Assembly: GCA_951406725.2 (NCBI GenBank)
Contig: OX597821.1
Span: forward strand, 78,864,001 to 78,928,000
Reading direction: 5' to 3'
DNA length: 64,000 nucleotides
Source: Octopus vulgaris
Lineage: Eukaryota
Under the pieces are notes generated by a model. The model did not search any database. It saw nothing but the letters and a program-made list of their open reading frames with translations, and was not told the DNA's origin. Position numbers and translations under genes: made by a program. Positions 12,796 through 24,900 of this stretch are shown piece after piece (position 1 is the first letter of the stretch; every line of letters starts with the position of its first letter).

Positions 12796-14211
12796 GTAAT
12801 TTGTTGAAATAAATAAGTCTTGTAAATCAACTTTACTATGCTACAAGCACTTGTTAACTCTACACATTCCTTTTCATTCAATAGCTACAAGGCTATGCTT
12901 GAAATCGTCCCATTCATCGTCCCACTCACGACCTTCCCTTTTCGAAAACTAATACTTCAAATATTTAAGCAAACCACTAATTCCTACCATATTCCATTGC
13001 TTCGATTTTTGTTTTAGACTTTATTCCTCTCATGTGTGTGATATGATATTGTTTACTATATTTTTCTCGTTTCCATTAGAAGACGGGCTACACATTTCTA
13101 TGTCCTTGACAATTATGTATATTAGATATGTATTTGACGTCTGAGACAAAAATCAATTTATAACATAGAAGTTTTGTTATTTAAGTGCATTTGCATATTT
13201 TTTCTTTTGAATATTATAATTTATACAGGAATTTTAAATAAAGTTCTAATTCACACGCACCGTATTTTTGCTCTCATTTTTTAAACGCTATTTTTTACTC
13301 TTTTGTTACATTCTAAAAGACTAAATTTATCGTCTGCCTTTCTTACATGCTGGCTGAAGCAAACCAGTGAACGTTTTTCATTGTCTACTACTCCATGTGT
13401 GTATATCCTTCAATGTACCTACTTGTGCACACATCCAAATTAATTAGTTGAAACTTGATTGTCCATAAATTAAATTACATATTCTTTCATATTCGTAAAC
13501 TTATATGAATGATTTATTTCCCAAATACATTCTATTGAATTTGTCTCAGAAATTTTATTTTCAACTAGCTGAGTTTGTTGAGACACATTTGAATATTTTG
13601 GATATTTTCTAGCCATTTCTGTTGCATGAAGATGTAATAATTTTAATAAATAATAGCATATCTGACAAAAAGTTTTGGATTGCATGTCTGATTTTAAACT
13701 CACAATTATGTTGGAGGCAGCGTTAACTTAGCAGTCTTCCATATATATTCATAATAATCTATTATTTAACCATTCAAAACAACCTTTTAAACTCGAGAGC
13801 AGCTTATAAGGACGTTTTATATGGTATGTATAAAAGCTACTAAAGTGGCTAAGGGTGCAAATCAGCACCAGAATTGCTAGAAATAAGAGTCAAAATAACT
13901 CTTAGCCACGGGAAAGTACTTATCTACTGACTGCCAAGGAAAACTAACCTTCCTTTAAGTAAGCGGGGTGAGTGAAATCTTCAAGTTTTCGGATAGAGTT
14001 AATCCTCATCAGCAACATGTCCTATTATTGCCTGGGGTTGAATGGAACTGGCCTCGTCAGTTTATAGAAAATACTGCTAGAATCATTTGCTGATTCGGTG
14101 AACAGGTAAAGTGAGAATTATAAACTATTAATGTAGCTATCTGCAATTTAAAAACTAAAAGGCACGAGTGCAAATCTCACTAAAGTGACTACACACACAC
14201 ACACATATATA

Positions 14212-14245
<34 letters not shown>

Positions 14246-14254
14246 GATATATAA

Positions 14255-14290
<36 letters not shown>

Positions 14291-14314
14291 GGATAGATAT
14301 AGATATTTATATAC

Positions 14315-14404
<90 letters not shown>

Positions 14405-14703
14405 CTTTCTTTTATTAGCCACACAGGGCTGAATACAGAGGGGACAAATACAAATGCAGAGCTTTTCTTTTCGAGGGTGGAAAAAAATAAAAATGTAAGA
14501 TTGCGATCAAAAGGGATCGAGAGGAGGAAAAAAAGGAAAAAAAGAAAATCGTGTATCACAGAAATAATGGTGTAAACATTGATATAACAAGATTGGGTTC
14601 ATCCGTGGGAAGAAAAGCCTATAGAAAAGACCACGGGAACCCCAGTCAGGGAGGAAATAAACACATGAGGTCAAAAATGCTCTCTTTCTTTCTTTTTTAC
14701 GAT

Positions 14704-17700
14704 CTACAGGATCATGCTCAAAATGGTTTCGTTACTAGCACGCACCATCTTTGCAACATTCACCCATCTTTTATTGAATCTTTCGCGAGACAAAACTTCC
14801 CTCTCCATTCTCACCTTCCTTTTCAAGTGGTACTTGAAAAAGTTGATGAGCGAATGGCCAGAGAGGTAAGTGTTTGTCTCTAATCCTTTCGCTCGAGTCC
14901 ACCACACACATTCTTTCACCATGGCCACCAGTACGATGAAAACTGCCTTGCCTTCCCGGTTGAGGGAAGGGGGCGGAGCAATTCTCACGATAGACTCGGC
15001 CGATAGGCGGATTCGTCCCACACGTGACAGCAGCCGTTCGGCATAAGCCCACAGGTCGGAAATGGTTGGACATTGCACGAGTGCGTGCAGAACGGTTTCG
15101 TCGCTCTGACCGCATCTCGGGCAAGTCGGTCCAGTGTGTCTGGAACCGTGTCTGTAGAGCTTATCCCGAACAGGTAATGCTTCTCGATAGCACTGCCAGG
15201 CCAGGGATCTTTGGTGATTGTTCATAGGTCCCGGCCCGAAAGTTGTCCTGAACAGGCGGGTCAGGTGTTCCTCGTCGACGCCCAGACTCTGCCCGAGTTC
15301 GTCGTCGCACCTCCCCTCCACTAATCCTCTATAGAATGCCTTTGTTGTGATGGAGTCGCACAAGTTCGATCCCGGACGGCAGAGTTGCTTGAGAGCAACG
15401 CGACACTCACGGTGCCATTCGCCTAGCCTCGGTCTCTGCTTGATCCATGACTGTAGTTCGTCCAAGGAGACGAGCTGCGGGAAAGCGCGCCGCACAAAAG
15501 GCGACCACCCCTGTTCACCGTTGTCTATGAAGCGCCGGAGATGTCGCAGTCTCAGCGCATGTCTGCGCATCATCAACCACGGCATGCCCAGCCCTCCATT
15601 TAGCGGGTGTTGGCAGCAAATGGATCGCCTGACCATCGGAACGTTTCCCTTCCACAAGAAGCGGAAGAGTATGCGTTCCAGTTTGGTGATGGTAGGGTCG
15701 GGACAAGGCACGACGGTCAGACGGTACTCGATGACGGATGCGATGTACGCGTTCGCCACCTCCGCCCGACCTTTTAGGGATAGCTTTCTCTCAGTCCATT
15801 TCTGGGTGAGAGTAGCCACCCTAGTCGTTATCTCGCCCCAGTTCTTCTCCATTTGGAGGTCCGGACCGAACCAGACCCCGAGCAATTTAACCGGTCCGTC
15901 CGTCCAGCGTCCCACGATGGAGACGCTGTTGGACGGCATGGGCTTGCTTCTCCAGGTGCCGAGCCGCAAGCCCACTGACTTTTCCCGGTTAATTTTTGCT
16001 CCCGTTACCGCTTCGTATTCTTTCAGTGTCTCGCCGACCAGCTCGATGTGCTCGTAGCTCGACACTATGACGGTGACGTCATCCGCGTATGCAGACACGC
16101 TCCTCCCGCATCCCAGCTCTCGTGGGATGCCCCTCAGCGTCGCCAGTTTCCGCAGTAGTGGCTCAAGAGTCAGTACATACAGCAGCGATGAGAGGGGGCA
16201 TCCTTGACGAACCGAACGCATGATGTTAAAAGGTCTGGATAGATGACCATTTACGCGAACTACTGAGCGGATGCCGCTGTATAAGGCAGCGATCCAACTG
16301 CGGAAAACTGGACCGAAACCAGCCGCTTTGAGGACAGCCTCCAAGTAGTGATGGTCTACCCTATCGAAGGCTTTTGATTGATCCAAATTGATCAGCGCCC
16401 CACCCATGCCAGGATTTTTAACTACCCTGTCTATGATGTAGCGCATCAGATGGAGGTTGTCATGAATACTTCTACCCGGCACGGCGCATGTTTGCGCCTT
16501 GTCGATTAGTTTCTTGATGACAAGCGCCAACCTCTCGGCTAACACCTTGGCCAAAATTTTCAAATCTGCGTTGAGCAGAGTGATGGGCCTGAAATTATCT
16601 ATGACGTCCCCCTTGTTTGGGTCTTTCTTGATCAGTGCCACTGCTCCTCGCTTTACAAAAGCAGGAATACTCCCGTTCTGCTGCCAGTTGCAGTAGACAG
16701 CTGCCAAGACGCCTCCAAACAAGTCTGGCATATGAAAATAAAATTCGTAGGGCAGACCATCCAAGCCTGGTGACTTGTCTCTCGCGCAGCCTACCATCGC
16801 ATCCTGTACGTCCGCAGCTGTGATAGGCTTTTCACAAGACTCCACCTCCCTTGCTGAGAGTCGTGGCAAGGCATGCAGGTAGGCACTAAAGTCCACTCTG
16901 CTTTCTGACTCACCACTTGTCCCAAACAGTTGGGTGAAGTGTTGTTGAAAAACCCCACACATCCTTTTAGGCTCGAGTAATTCGCGCCCCTGTTCATCTA
17001 TAAGAGACTTGATGGTGGCTCTGTTGCCTCGTTGCGTCTCCACCACTCGGGCCTCTTGGGCGGCTCCAACTCCTTCGTTCCTCAGAGCACGCATCCTAGC
17101 TCTGACAACGCATCCCTCGTGTTTGGCGTTGAGGTGTTGGTCGAGGGCCAATCTCGCCGCCAGTACGTTGGACGCGATGCCAGTTCTAAGTGCCTCTTCT
17201 AAAACCTTAACTAATTCTCCCTCTACTCTATTTCGGTCTAATGCTAGGGCTCTACTGTATCTGACTGATTCTGCTTTAATCGCTTTTTTTAGGGAATACC
17301 ACCATCTGTTGTTGATGATGGTACCCGTCAAAGCTCTCTTAACTAATGTGCTGATCCGGTCCCTGTAAACCTGTCGTGCTGTAAAAGACGCGTTCAGTTT
17401 CCAGTAACCAGGACCCTGCCTATGTGTCTTATCTAAGTCAAGTGTACAAGTCACAAACTTGTGATCTGTGTAACTGACTATATGAAATTGTGGACAACCT
17501 ACACTATTTTTATCTATTGTCCTACAGAATACTCTATCTAAGTATGATCTGGACGACCCGATGCGGTTACTCCATGTCCACATTGGCACATTCGGGTGGT
17601 CCAGTCGGTACCTGTCAGACAGTTGGAAACGTCTGAGCAGGTCTTTGAGGCATTTGCATCCCCTTCTATTGCTATCTCTGCCCACGTAGTCTAGATGCGT

Positions 17701-18141
17701 GTCCAGGGTGGCATTCCAGTCCCCCACTAAAAGTAAAGGACGAGACGTTCCCATGAAAGACTCTAGACGTCGAAAGAAATCTGGTCGGCCTGTTAAGGAC
17801 GGAGCATAAACTGCTATCAGTCGAAAAGCACACTCATTGCTGCCATCGACATCCAAAACGACCAGCCTACCCTCCGGGTCTAGGAAATTTGCTCTTACTT
17901 TGAGATCCAGACTCTTCCGGATAAGCACCGCGGTGCCACCTCCGCCCATTCTCGGTAGACACGGAGAAAAATAAATGTTGAAATGTGTACCGAAAAAGTG
18001 CTGGAGTGCCCGCAAGCTGTGGAGTCTGGTCTCACTGATGGCTATGATATTCAGATTTAGTGACTTGATGTCATTTAACAGGTAGCCTTGTTTCCAAGGC
18101 GACCCCAAGCCACGTACATTTATACTACCTATTCTGAGCAT
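14704..18141 (-). CDS. Tx1 LINE ORF2: APE endonuclease + reverse transcriptase + C-terminal CCHC finger
   Basis: INVRGL, SETR, GDWN, YTDH (APE); SPGLDGL, FRPITLLNAD, KAFD, VRQGCPLS, AYADD (RT); CPRC..ETVLHALVQC; uninterrupted ORF, first ATG at 18141. Confidence 0.95.
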   Translation of the reverse strand: MLRIGSINVRGLGSPWKQGYLLNDIKSLNLNIIAISETRLHSLRALQHFFGTHFNIYFSPCLPRMGGGGTAVLIRKSLDLKVRANFLDPEGRLVVLDVDGSNECAFRLIAVYAPSLTGRPDFFRRLESFMGTSRPLLLVGDWNATLDTHLDYVGRDSNRRGCKCLKDLLRRFQLSDRYRLDHPNVPMWTWSNRIGSSRSYLDRVFCRTIDKNSVGCPQFHIVSYTDHKFVTCTLDLDKTHRQGPGYWKLNASFTARQVYRDRISTLVKRALTGTIINNRWWYSLKKAIKAESVRYSRALALDRNRVEGELVKVLEEALRTGIASNVLAARLALDQHLNAKHEGCVVRARMRALRNEGVGAAQEARVVETQRGNRATIKSLIDEQGRELLEPKRMCGVFQQHFTQLFGTSGESESRVDFSAYLHALPRLSAREVESCEKPITAADVQDAMVGCARDKSPGLDGLPYEFYFHMPDLFGGVLAAVYCNWQQNGSIPAFVKRGAVALIKKDPNKGDVIDNFRPITLLNADLKILAKVLAERLALVIKKLIDKAQTCAVPGRSIHDNLHLMRYIIDRVVKNPGMGGALINLDQSKAFDRVDHHYLEAVLKAAGFGPVFRSWIAALYSGIRSVVRVNGHLSRPFNIMRSVRQGCPLSSLLYVLTLEPLLRKLATLRGIPRELGCGRSVSAYADDVTVIVSSYEHIELVGETLKEYEAVTGAKINREKSVGLRLGTWRSKPMPSNSVSIVGRWTDGPVKLLGVWFGPDLQMEKNWGEITTRVATLTQKWTERKLSLKGRAEVANAYIASVIEYRLTVVPCPDPTITKLERILFRFLWKGNVPMVRRSICCQHPLNGGLGMPWLMMRRHALRLRHLRRFIDNGEQGWSPFVRRAFPQLVSLDELQSWIKQRPRLGEWHRECRVALKQLCRPGSNLCDSITTKAFYRGLVEGRCDDELGQSLGVDEEHLTRLFRTTFGPGPMNNHQRSLAWQCYREALPVRDKLYRHGSRHTGPTCPRCGQSDETVLHALVQCPTISDLWAYAERLLSRVGRIRLSAESIVRIAPPPSLNREGKAVFIVLVAMVKECVWWTRAKGLETNTYLSGHSLINFFKYHLKRKVRMEREVLSRERFNKRWVNVAKMVRASNETILSMIL

Positions 18142-18415
18142 GTTCCGATAAAAGTGCAAAAAAGGAAAAGGAGAGAGAAAAGGTTACTTGTTTTCCGAAA
18201 GTTCTTTGTCTTTCACCTCACGGTCTTCTTCTATGAGGCTTTTATACAGTTTTTTTGATGAGTACTTTTGAAATCTCCCTACTGCATCAGGGTAAAGAGA
18301 TTTCAGGGTGCTGTATGTGTTCTGTGTCACGTGTATTATTTTAATGTGTTGTGGTGGTGTTGTGTGTGGGTGGTTACTTGTTTTTATGTCGTTTTCAGTA
18401 ATGTTAGTGTTTGAC

Positions 18416-20320
18416 CTAATGTGTTCCATTAGGTCGTGGTTGTTTGTGTTTATGGCTGTCAACATTTTTGGGGGGTTTGATGATGGTGTGTTTGTGTTGA
18501 TGTGTGTGTTTTCTGTGGATGTTTTTGTTTCGGGAGTGGTGTATCTTCCCGCTTTGTTTGTTATTTTTTCTTTTCTTTTTTTCCCCTTTTTCTTCTCCCC
18601 CTGTGGCTATTTGCCAATCTTCCGTGTCTTCTTCGTCTAATGACAGATCAGACGAATCGGAGTCTGGAAGAGGGAAAGTATTGGGGTCTATTGTCGACTG
18701 TGTTGGTTTTGTTGTTGGTGTTGGTTGGTGAGCGTTTGGTTGTGGTGTGTGCGGTTTTGGATGTGGGGTTTGGGTATTTTGTGTTTGAGTGATTGTGGGT
18801 ATTGTTGTGTTGTTTAGGGTCTCAATTTTGTGGGGATTTGGAGTTGTAATTGTTTCTTCATTTATGCTGGGTGTCTTTTTGGCAGATGTCCTTGGTTTGG
18901 GAGTTGGTATATTCTTGGTTGTTGTTGTTGGTGATGCTGCTTCTGTTCTTGGTGCTGCAGTTGGTGTGGTTGTTTGTTTGGTGAGGTTTGTTCCTGCAAA
19001 AAGTGGTGTGGGTAGTAGACCTTGTTTATTTGTTTTTGTTTCCGGCTGCTGTTGTTTTCTTGCGGCAGATTTGCAGTCTTTTTTGAGATGTTGCTCACTG
19101 CCGCATATGTAGCAACGTGGTCTTCTGCCATCGACGACCACATATAACTTGTGGTCGTCTGATACACATATCTGGGTGGGTATTTTTTTTATATCTTCAT
19201 GATGTATATGTAGAAGAAATTCTATTTTCTTTCCCACCCAGTTTTTATGCTCTGTGACTGTGGTTTCCAAAATAGTATAATTCGCCATTTTTATGCATAA
19301 AGCCTTTACAAGCCATAGACTATTGGCTATTTTGGGGACATTGTTTAGAGTGATCTTAGTCACTTTCTGTCCCCGATAGCTTGGTGTAAGTTGGAGTTCA
19401 TCTGAGTGAAGAGTTAGCGTTGAGAAATGTCTAGCTAACTCTTCGGTGTAGAAAACGACTTGTATGTGGGCAAATTTGTTCCACCAGGTTACATATTCTT
19501 TGTGATCCCAGATGGGTTTCAGGCACTTCTCTATTTTGCCTGTGTTGGCCTTCTCTGGGATTTTTGTTTTTTTGTTAACTATTTTATAAATGATTGTTCG
19601 TCTTTTTTCATTTTCCAAAATATCTTCTGGTATGTTAATTTTTACGATACCTTCTGATTCTGTTATTTTGATGTTCGTGTCCTGTAATTGTTGAGCCGTA
19701 AAGTATATTGTTGTTTTTTTTTCTTTAATCGCCTCAGCGAAATTTGTTGTTGTTTTGTTATTGTTGTTGCTTGTGGTGATGTTGTTGGCTGCAGTTTGTA
19801 AAATTGGTGTGTTAGGTTCGATCGTGCAAGTAGGAAGGGGTGGAAAATTGCCTGCGTACTTTAGTCCTGCACTAGGGCAAAATTCGACATTTCGTTTGCT
19901 TGTCGTCGTTATTTTTTCACTTGTTGGTGATGGAGTGAGCAGTGGTTGAAGGGAATTGTTGTTGTCGTCGTTGTTGTTGTTGTTATTGTCGTTCTTGGTG
20001 ACGGCTGTGGTGTTGGTAGTATTTGTAGCATTGACGGCACGGTCTTTGGTGGCGGTGATGGTGATGTTGGTGTTGTTATTGGTGGCAATATCTTTAGTAG
20101 GGATAGCAGTTTTAGTAGCAGATTCTGCCATGGTGTTGGTGGTGGTGGTGGACTCACTGATGGTGTTGACGGTGCTTGGCCTTGCGACCTTTGTTTTGTA
20201 TTTGTTGCTGTTGGTGGTGGTGGAGTTGTCAGGTTCGGCGTATGCTAACAGAGCATCCTGTTTTTCTGTTTCTCCGTCACGCTTGACTTGCAACTCAGCC
20301 TCGTGGTGGTCAGTGGCCAT
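18416..20320 (-). CDS. Tx1 LINE ORF1 (gag-like nucleic-acid-binding protein)
   Basis: Long ORF upstream of ORF2 with CYICGSEQHLKKDC zinc knuckle and Thr/Asn/Pro-rich flanks; first ATG at 20320. Confidence 0.85.
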   Translation of the reverse strand: MATDHHEAELQVKRDGETEKQDALLAYAEPDNSTTTNSNKYKTKVARPSTVNTISESTTTTNTMAESATKTAIPTKDIATNNNTNITITATKDRAVNATNTTNTTAVTKNDNNNNNNDDNNNSLQPLLTPSPTSEKITTTSKRNVEFCPSAGLKYAGNFPPLPTCTIEPNTPILQTAANNITTSNNNNKTTTNFAEAIKEKKTTIYFTAQQLQDTNIKITESEGIVKINIPEDILENEKRRTIIYKIVNKKTKIPEKANTGKIEKCLKPIWDHKEYVTWWNKFAHIQVVFYTEELARHFSTLTLHSDELQLTPSYRGQKVTKITLNNVPKIANSLWLVKALCIKMANYTILETTVTEHKNWVGKKIEFLLHIHHEDIKKIPTQICVSDDHKLYVVVDGRRPRCYICGSEQHLKKDCKSAARKQQQPETKTNKQGLLPTPLFAGTNLTKQTTTPTAAPRTEAASPTTTTKNIPTPKPRTSAKKTPSINEETITTPNPHKIETLNNTTIPTITQTQNTQTPHPKPHTPQPNAHQPTPTTKPTQSTIDPNTFPLPDSDSSDLSLDEEDTEDWQIATGGEEKGEKKKRKNNKQSGKIHHSRNKNIHRKHTHQHKHTIIKPPKNVDSHKHKQPRPNGTH

Positions 20321-20611
20321 TTTGGAAATAAAATGGCTAAATGAAACCACGAAGGCTATGAGAATTTTTTCTTTTAAATTTTGCCAACAAGGGGCAAAAT
20401 TTTGTGTCGATATTTATCAAAGGTTTACAGTGGATGTTGTTGTACAACTTTTAAGCAAAAAATGTTTGTCAATATACACTTTTAAATAGTCAAAATAAAT
20501 GATTACCTTCGGAGCCGAAACGACATCACATCCGTCAGTCAGATAGATAGATAGATAGATAGATAGGTATAGATATAGATATAGATATTTATATACATAT
20601 ATATACATATA

Positions 20612-20687
<76 letters not shown>

Positions 20688-21051
20688 TATACATATATAT
20701 ATATACACATATATATATATATATATTCATATATATATATACATATATGTGTGTGATTTTGTGCTTGTAACTTTGTATCTATGGATGTCGGTGTATGTAT
20801 ATGCATGTATGTTCATGAAAGATCGTTTGACAAAGAATGATGACAAATCCGACGCGTCCTTGACCAACTCCCATGTAGAGGGAATATAAAGAATAGGAAA
20901 AGATGCTCGTGAATATACGAGAAGTAACATGTTCAAGCAAGTAATGTCCACGTAATATTGTAAAGGTGAGACATAGACTGCTCAATTAATAATATTAAGC
21001 TAACGAAAAAAAATTAATAATTACAATCAATTGCTGATTGATTTGTTACAG

Positions 21052-21139
21052 GTATATTTTGTATCTTCTTCTAAGCTGTTGTAGCATAAATATTTTATGT
21101 GTTTACGCAGCCATATCGTCCCCCTGGATTATTACCTAG
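21052..21139 (+). other. Candidate signal-peptide exon (degenerate) of the adhesion GPCR
   Basis: ttgttacag acceptor; reads (M)YILYLLLSCCSINILCVYAAISSPWIIT*; no clear donor found. Confidence 0.25.
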
Positions 21140-21248
21140 ATTGCTTTTAAATAGGGAATAATACCAACAGTTTATTGACACTCGCAATGTCGATGAGGAT
21201 TCTTTCATTAAATTTCAAAATATGAACTTAACGGTTAAAATAAGAGCC

Positions 21249-21290
<42 letters not shown>

Positions 21291-21903
21291 ACAATTCATA
21301 GGTTGCTGGCTTGGTGGGTGGATGTTTGTCTACTAGCTTGTTAGTCGCTTGCTAGCTGTCTGGCTGTCTGGCTGGCTGGTTCGTAACTATAGGGAAAGAG
21401 AATTACCAAAAGCTCCACGCTCTGGAAACAAATTCAAAATAACAGTTACAAAATCCTTAACCACACAGCTTTACTTGCGTCCACATATTTTGTTTGGAAT
21501 ATTGAAACTTTAAATAGACGAAGCGAATGGTAGGTTGTGTTTTATGTCTACAGAACTGGGTTGGTGTCCCAGAGATAAATATTGGAATTTTTTATATCGA
21601 AAATCGTTTTTAGCCCAATGTTCCAAATTTGAAGTAGGAAAAGATCCAGAAAGAAATATTTCGTCAATGCCCTCATCTAAGACATTTCCTACTTCAAACT
21701 TGGAATTCTCCATTCGTTGAATAGTCCTACCATCGTTCCTTCGAATATCATCATGAGCAAAGCCGATGTATGGAGACAATACAATCATGCTAATCCAGTC
21801 CTGCCCGCAGCATCGATAATTTATTTCTTCTTTACAAAACGAATGGCCGTATTAATTTGTGCATGTCTATATATAGCTCATATTGAATTGCTAATCAGCA
21901 AGA

Positions 21904-24900
21904 ATGGAAAAAATAAACATCGAATTTTCCCCTAAAGACATCCCCCTCCATAGTAAAGACGAGTATTATTGGCTACTCATTCACAGGATAAATGACTTCA
22001 TTAGAAGGATTAGATGGAGAACATACCACTTCGATATCAAGCATAGAAAGAATACGCAACAAAGGATTACCAATAAGAAGTTCGACAGAATATTTAGAAG
22101 CAGAAAGAGTCCACCTCCAAATTCACTCCTTGATAATTTTGAAAAAGATCTACTCAACCTCATAGAAAGAATTAAATTCAAGGATCACCCGTTAAGATAC
22201 AATCACCACCTCAAGCATCTCAGTAAATTTATAAAATCGACCCGAAACAAGCAAGGAATACTAGTACCAGCTGACAAAACTGGCAATTTTTATAGAGTAG
22301 ACTATACACTCTACAGCAATCTAATTAACAAGGAGCTTAACTCCAAATACAAAACTACTACCAAGAGAAAATTGAAGGAAACTAACTTAGAAATGAAAGC
22401 TATTATGGAGAGATATGATCTAACGGACAGAACTGAACCAATTGTACCGTGCGAACCTAGGATTAATCTTAAGGACCATAAAAAGAATTTCTTAGAAAAC
22501 CCGTCGGTAAGACTTATTTGTCCAACTAAGTCGGATATTGGCCGACTTAGTAAATCTATCCTAGATAATATCTTACCCCAAATAACCCCACTTCTTCCCT
22601 TAAGCCTGTGGATAAATACCAATGAGGTTCTTAAATGGTTTAATTCCCTAATACTAATAATCTAGCCTTCATTCAATTCGACATAAATAACTACTACTCT
22701 AGCATTTCCCCTATCATATTAAATAAATCGCTTATATTCGCGATGAATCGCTCCCTCATATCTAAAGAGGAAATAGACATTATACTTTTAGCTAGAAAAA
22801 CATTTATTGAGTTTGAGGGAAAATTATGGACCAGAGCTGATACCCCTAACTATTTCGATATTCCTATGGGCTCAATTGATTCGGCTGAGGTAACCAATTT
22901 AGTAGGAGCATATCTACTGAAATGCATAAAGAAGGAGATCCCTGAATTGCAAGGTGGTTTATATAGAGATGATGCTTTGTTTGTTGTCCATACCAATAAT
23001 AAATCACACATAGAAAGAATCAAAAAGAAAATTAATAGGTTTTTTAAAGATTTCAACCTTAGCATAACCTACGAACCAAGCATTAAAATAGCTAATTTTC
23101 TAGATATTACTTTAGACCTTAACTCCAAATTACATTATCCATTTAGAAAAGAAGGTGAAATCACTAGTTACGTAAGTAAATTATCTAATCATCCCCCAAA
23201 TATTATTAATTCCTTAGAAATATTTCCATGAGAATATCCAAATTATCGTCTAATTTTAATATATTTAACTCACACTCAGGACATTACAATGAGACGTTAT
23301 CTAGAGCAGGATATAACCAAAAAATTACATTTGTTGATACGGAAAACTTACAAACTCATAATAATTTAAGTAATTTAAATAGCAATAACCACATAAACAA
23401 CAAAAACGATCAAGCCGAAAAGATACGTAGATGTGGATCTAATACAACATCTAATCGTAATGATAATAAGTACAAGGATAAATACATAGACCATAACATA
23501 GATAACCCTGATAAGACAACCTTAAATAAAATTAAGAAACATACAATTAGTAACGTAGACAACAATAATGACCAAGCCAGAAATGATAGTAGAAATAGAT
23601 TTACAACGGCAAAATATCCTAATGATATTAAGAACATTAATAAAAACATAACAGTGAACACTTGTAATAAGGAGAAAATAAACTTGGATAAAACTAATAA
23701 ACATGCTAACAAGAACATTAATAAATACAAAGAATCTGATGATGGTAGAAATAATTCTAACAACCCTAACTCTAGTGGGAAAAATTCTAACAGCCCTAAC
23801 TCAAATTCTAGGAAATTTAATAAGAAATTTAATATGGCTAAACCTCCCTTTTAACTGTGCGGTTTCATCAGATATTCAGAGTAGATTCAAAACAATTCTA
23901 GAAAAAAATTTCCCATCCTCTCATAGATATCATAAAATTATTTCTAAAAAAACAGTAAGAATTTCTTATTCAACCCTCCCAAATATGTCCACTTTAATAG
24001 CTAAGATCAATAACAATAACATAAAACTAGCCAGAAAAAATTTAATCAATAAAAATAAAAATACAATGGAAAATTGTAATAACAGTACTGAAAGTAATAA
24101 TTGCAACAATAATAAGAAGGAATGTCATATAATAAATATAACCAATAGCTATAGAATTGTTAACAACAATAATAACATAAATAGGAATGATTATGTTAAT
24201 AATAGGAATAATACCAGGGATGTAAGTACAGTGAATGAGGACAACAATGTTATCAGCAACAACACTACACATTTGGAAAACAATACCGACAACAATACTA
24301 ATAGCATCAACAATATCAATAATGATGGTAGGGTTATAGAACCAAATGATAGTGTAGGAATACTGATAAATGATAATACTACTTTAGGTAATAACATTAA
24401 CTACAATAATGATAACATTATTTTAGATAACAGCACCAATAATATTAATAATGAAGGTAGGGCTTTAGAACCAAATGAAAATGTAGGAATGCCAATAAAT
24501 GATAATACTATTTTAGATAATAATATTAACTACAATAATGATAGAGTTTTTTTTAGATAATAACAATAATCAAAATCATGATAAATTTACCCGCACTGCT
24601 TCGAGCAACAATAGTATGAGACTTCTATCATCAAGTTATTCCACTTCTAAATATATAATTCCCCTAGATGTAACTTCAGAATTAAATCTAAATGCCCGGC
24701 ACCTGGTTTATGCGGGTTAAATAACATAATCTACAAATGCTCCATAACCACAGATAATAATAAATTCACTTATGTTGGATGTACTGTAAATTTTAAAAAG
24801 AGATTGAATAACCATCTTTCCTCCTTCAAATTACGTCATAAAGCTGATAGTACCACTCTTCTAGTAAAATTTGGGAACTAAAAAACAATAATATCAAATA

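Larger units (their letters stand above)
14403..20540 (-). mobile_element. Full-length Tx1/L1-clade LINE inserted in a (GATA)n microsatellite
   Basis: Two long ORFs, 5' and 3' UTRs, 3' end ..ggctAATAAAagaaagt followed by (TATC)n; GATA runs on both flanks. Confidence 0.92.

Noticed and set aside
13980-14016. Minus-strand CTGATGA-ggat..atcc-GAAA hammerhead-like core
   Set aside because: No convincing stem III/UH/stem I in type I or type III topology; at best a truncated relic
14771-17368. Overlapping and antisense ORFs within Tx1 ORF2
   Set aside because: Shadow ORFs of a relatively GC-rich coding sequence with no recognisable motifs
18455-18480. C_CCA_AAA slippery heptamer in Tx1 ORF1
   Set aside because: A -1 shift hits TGA immediately; the downstream ORF is in the +1 frame
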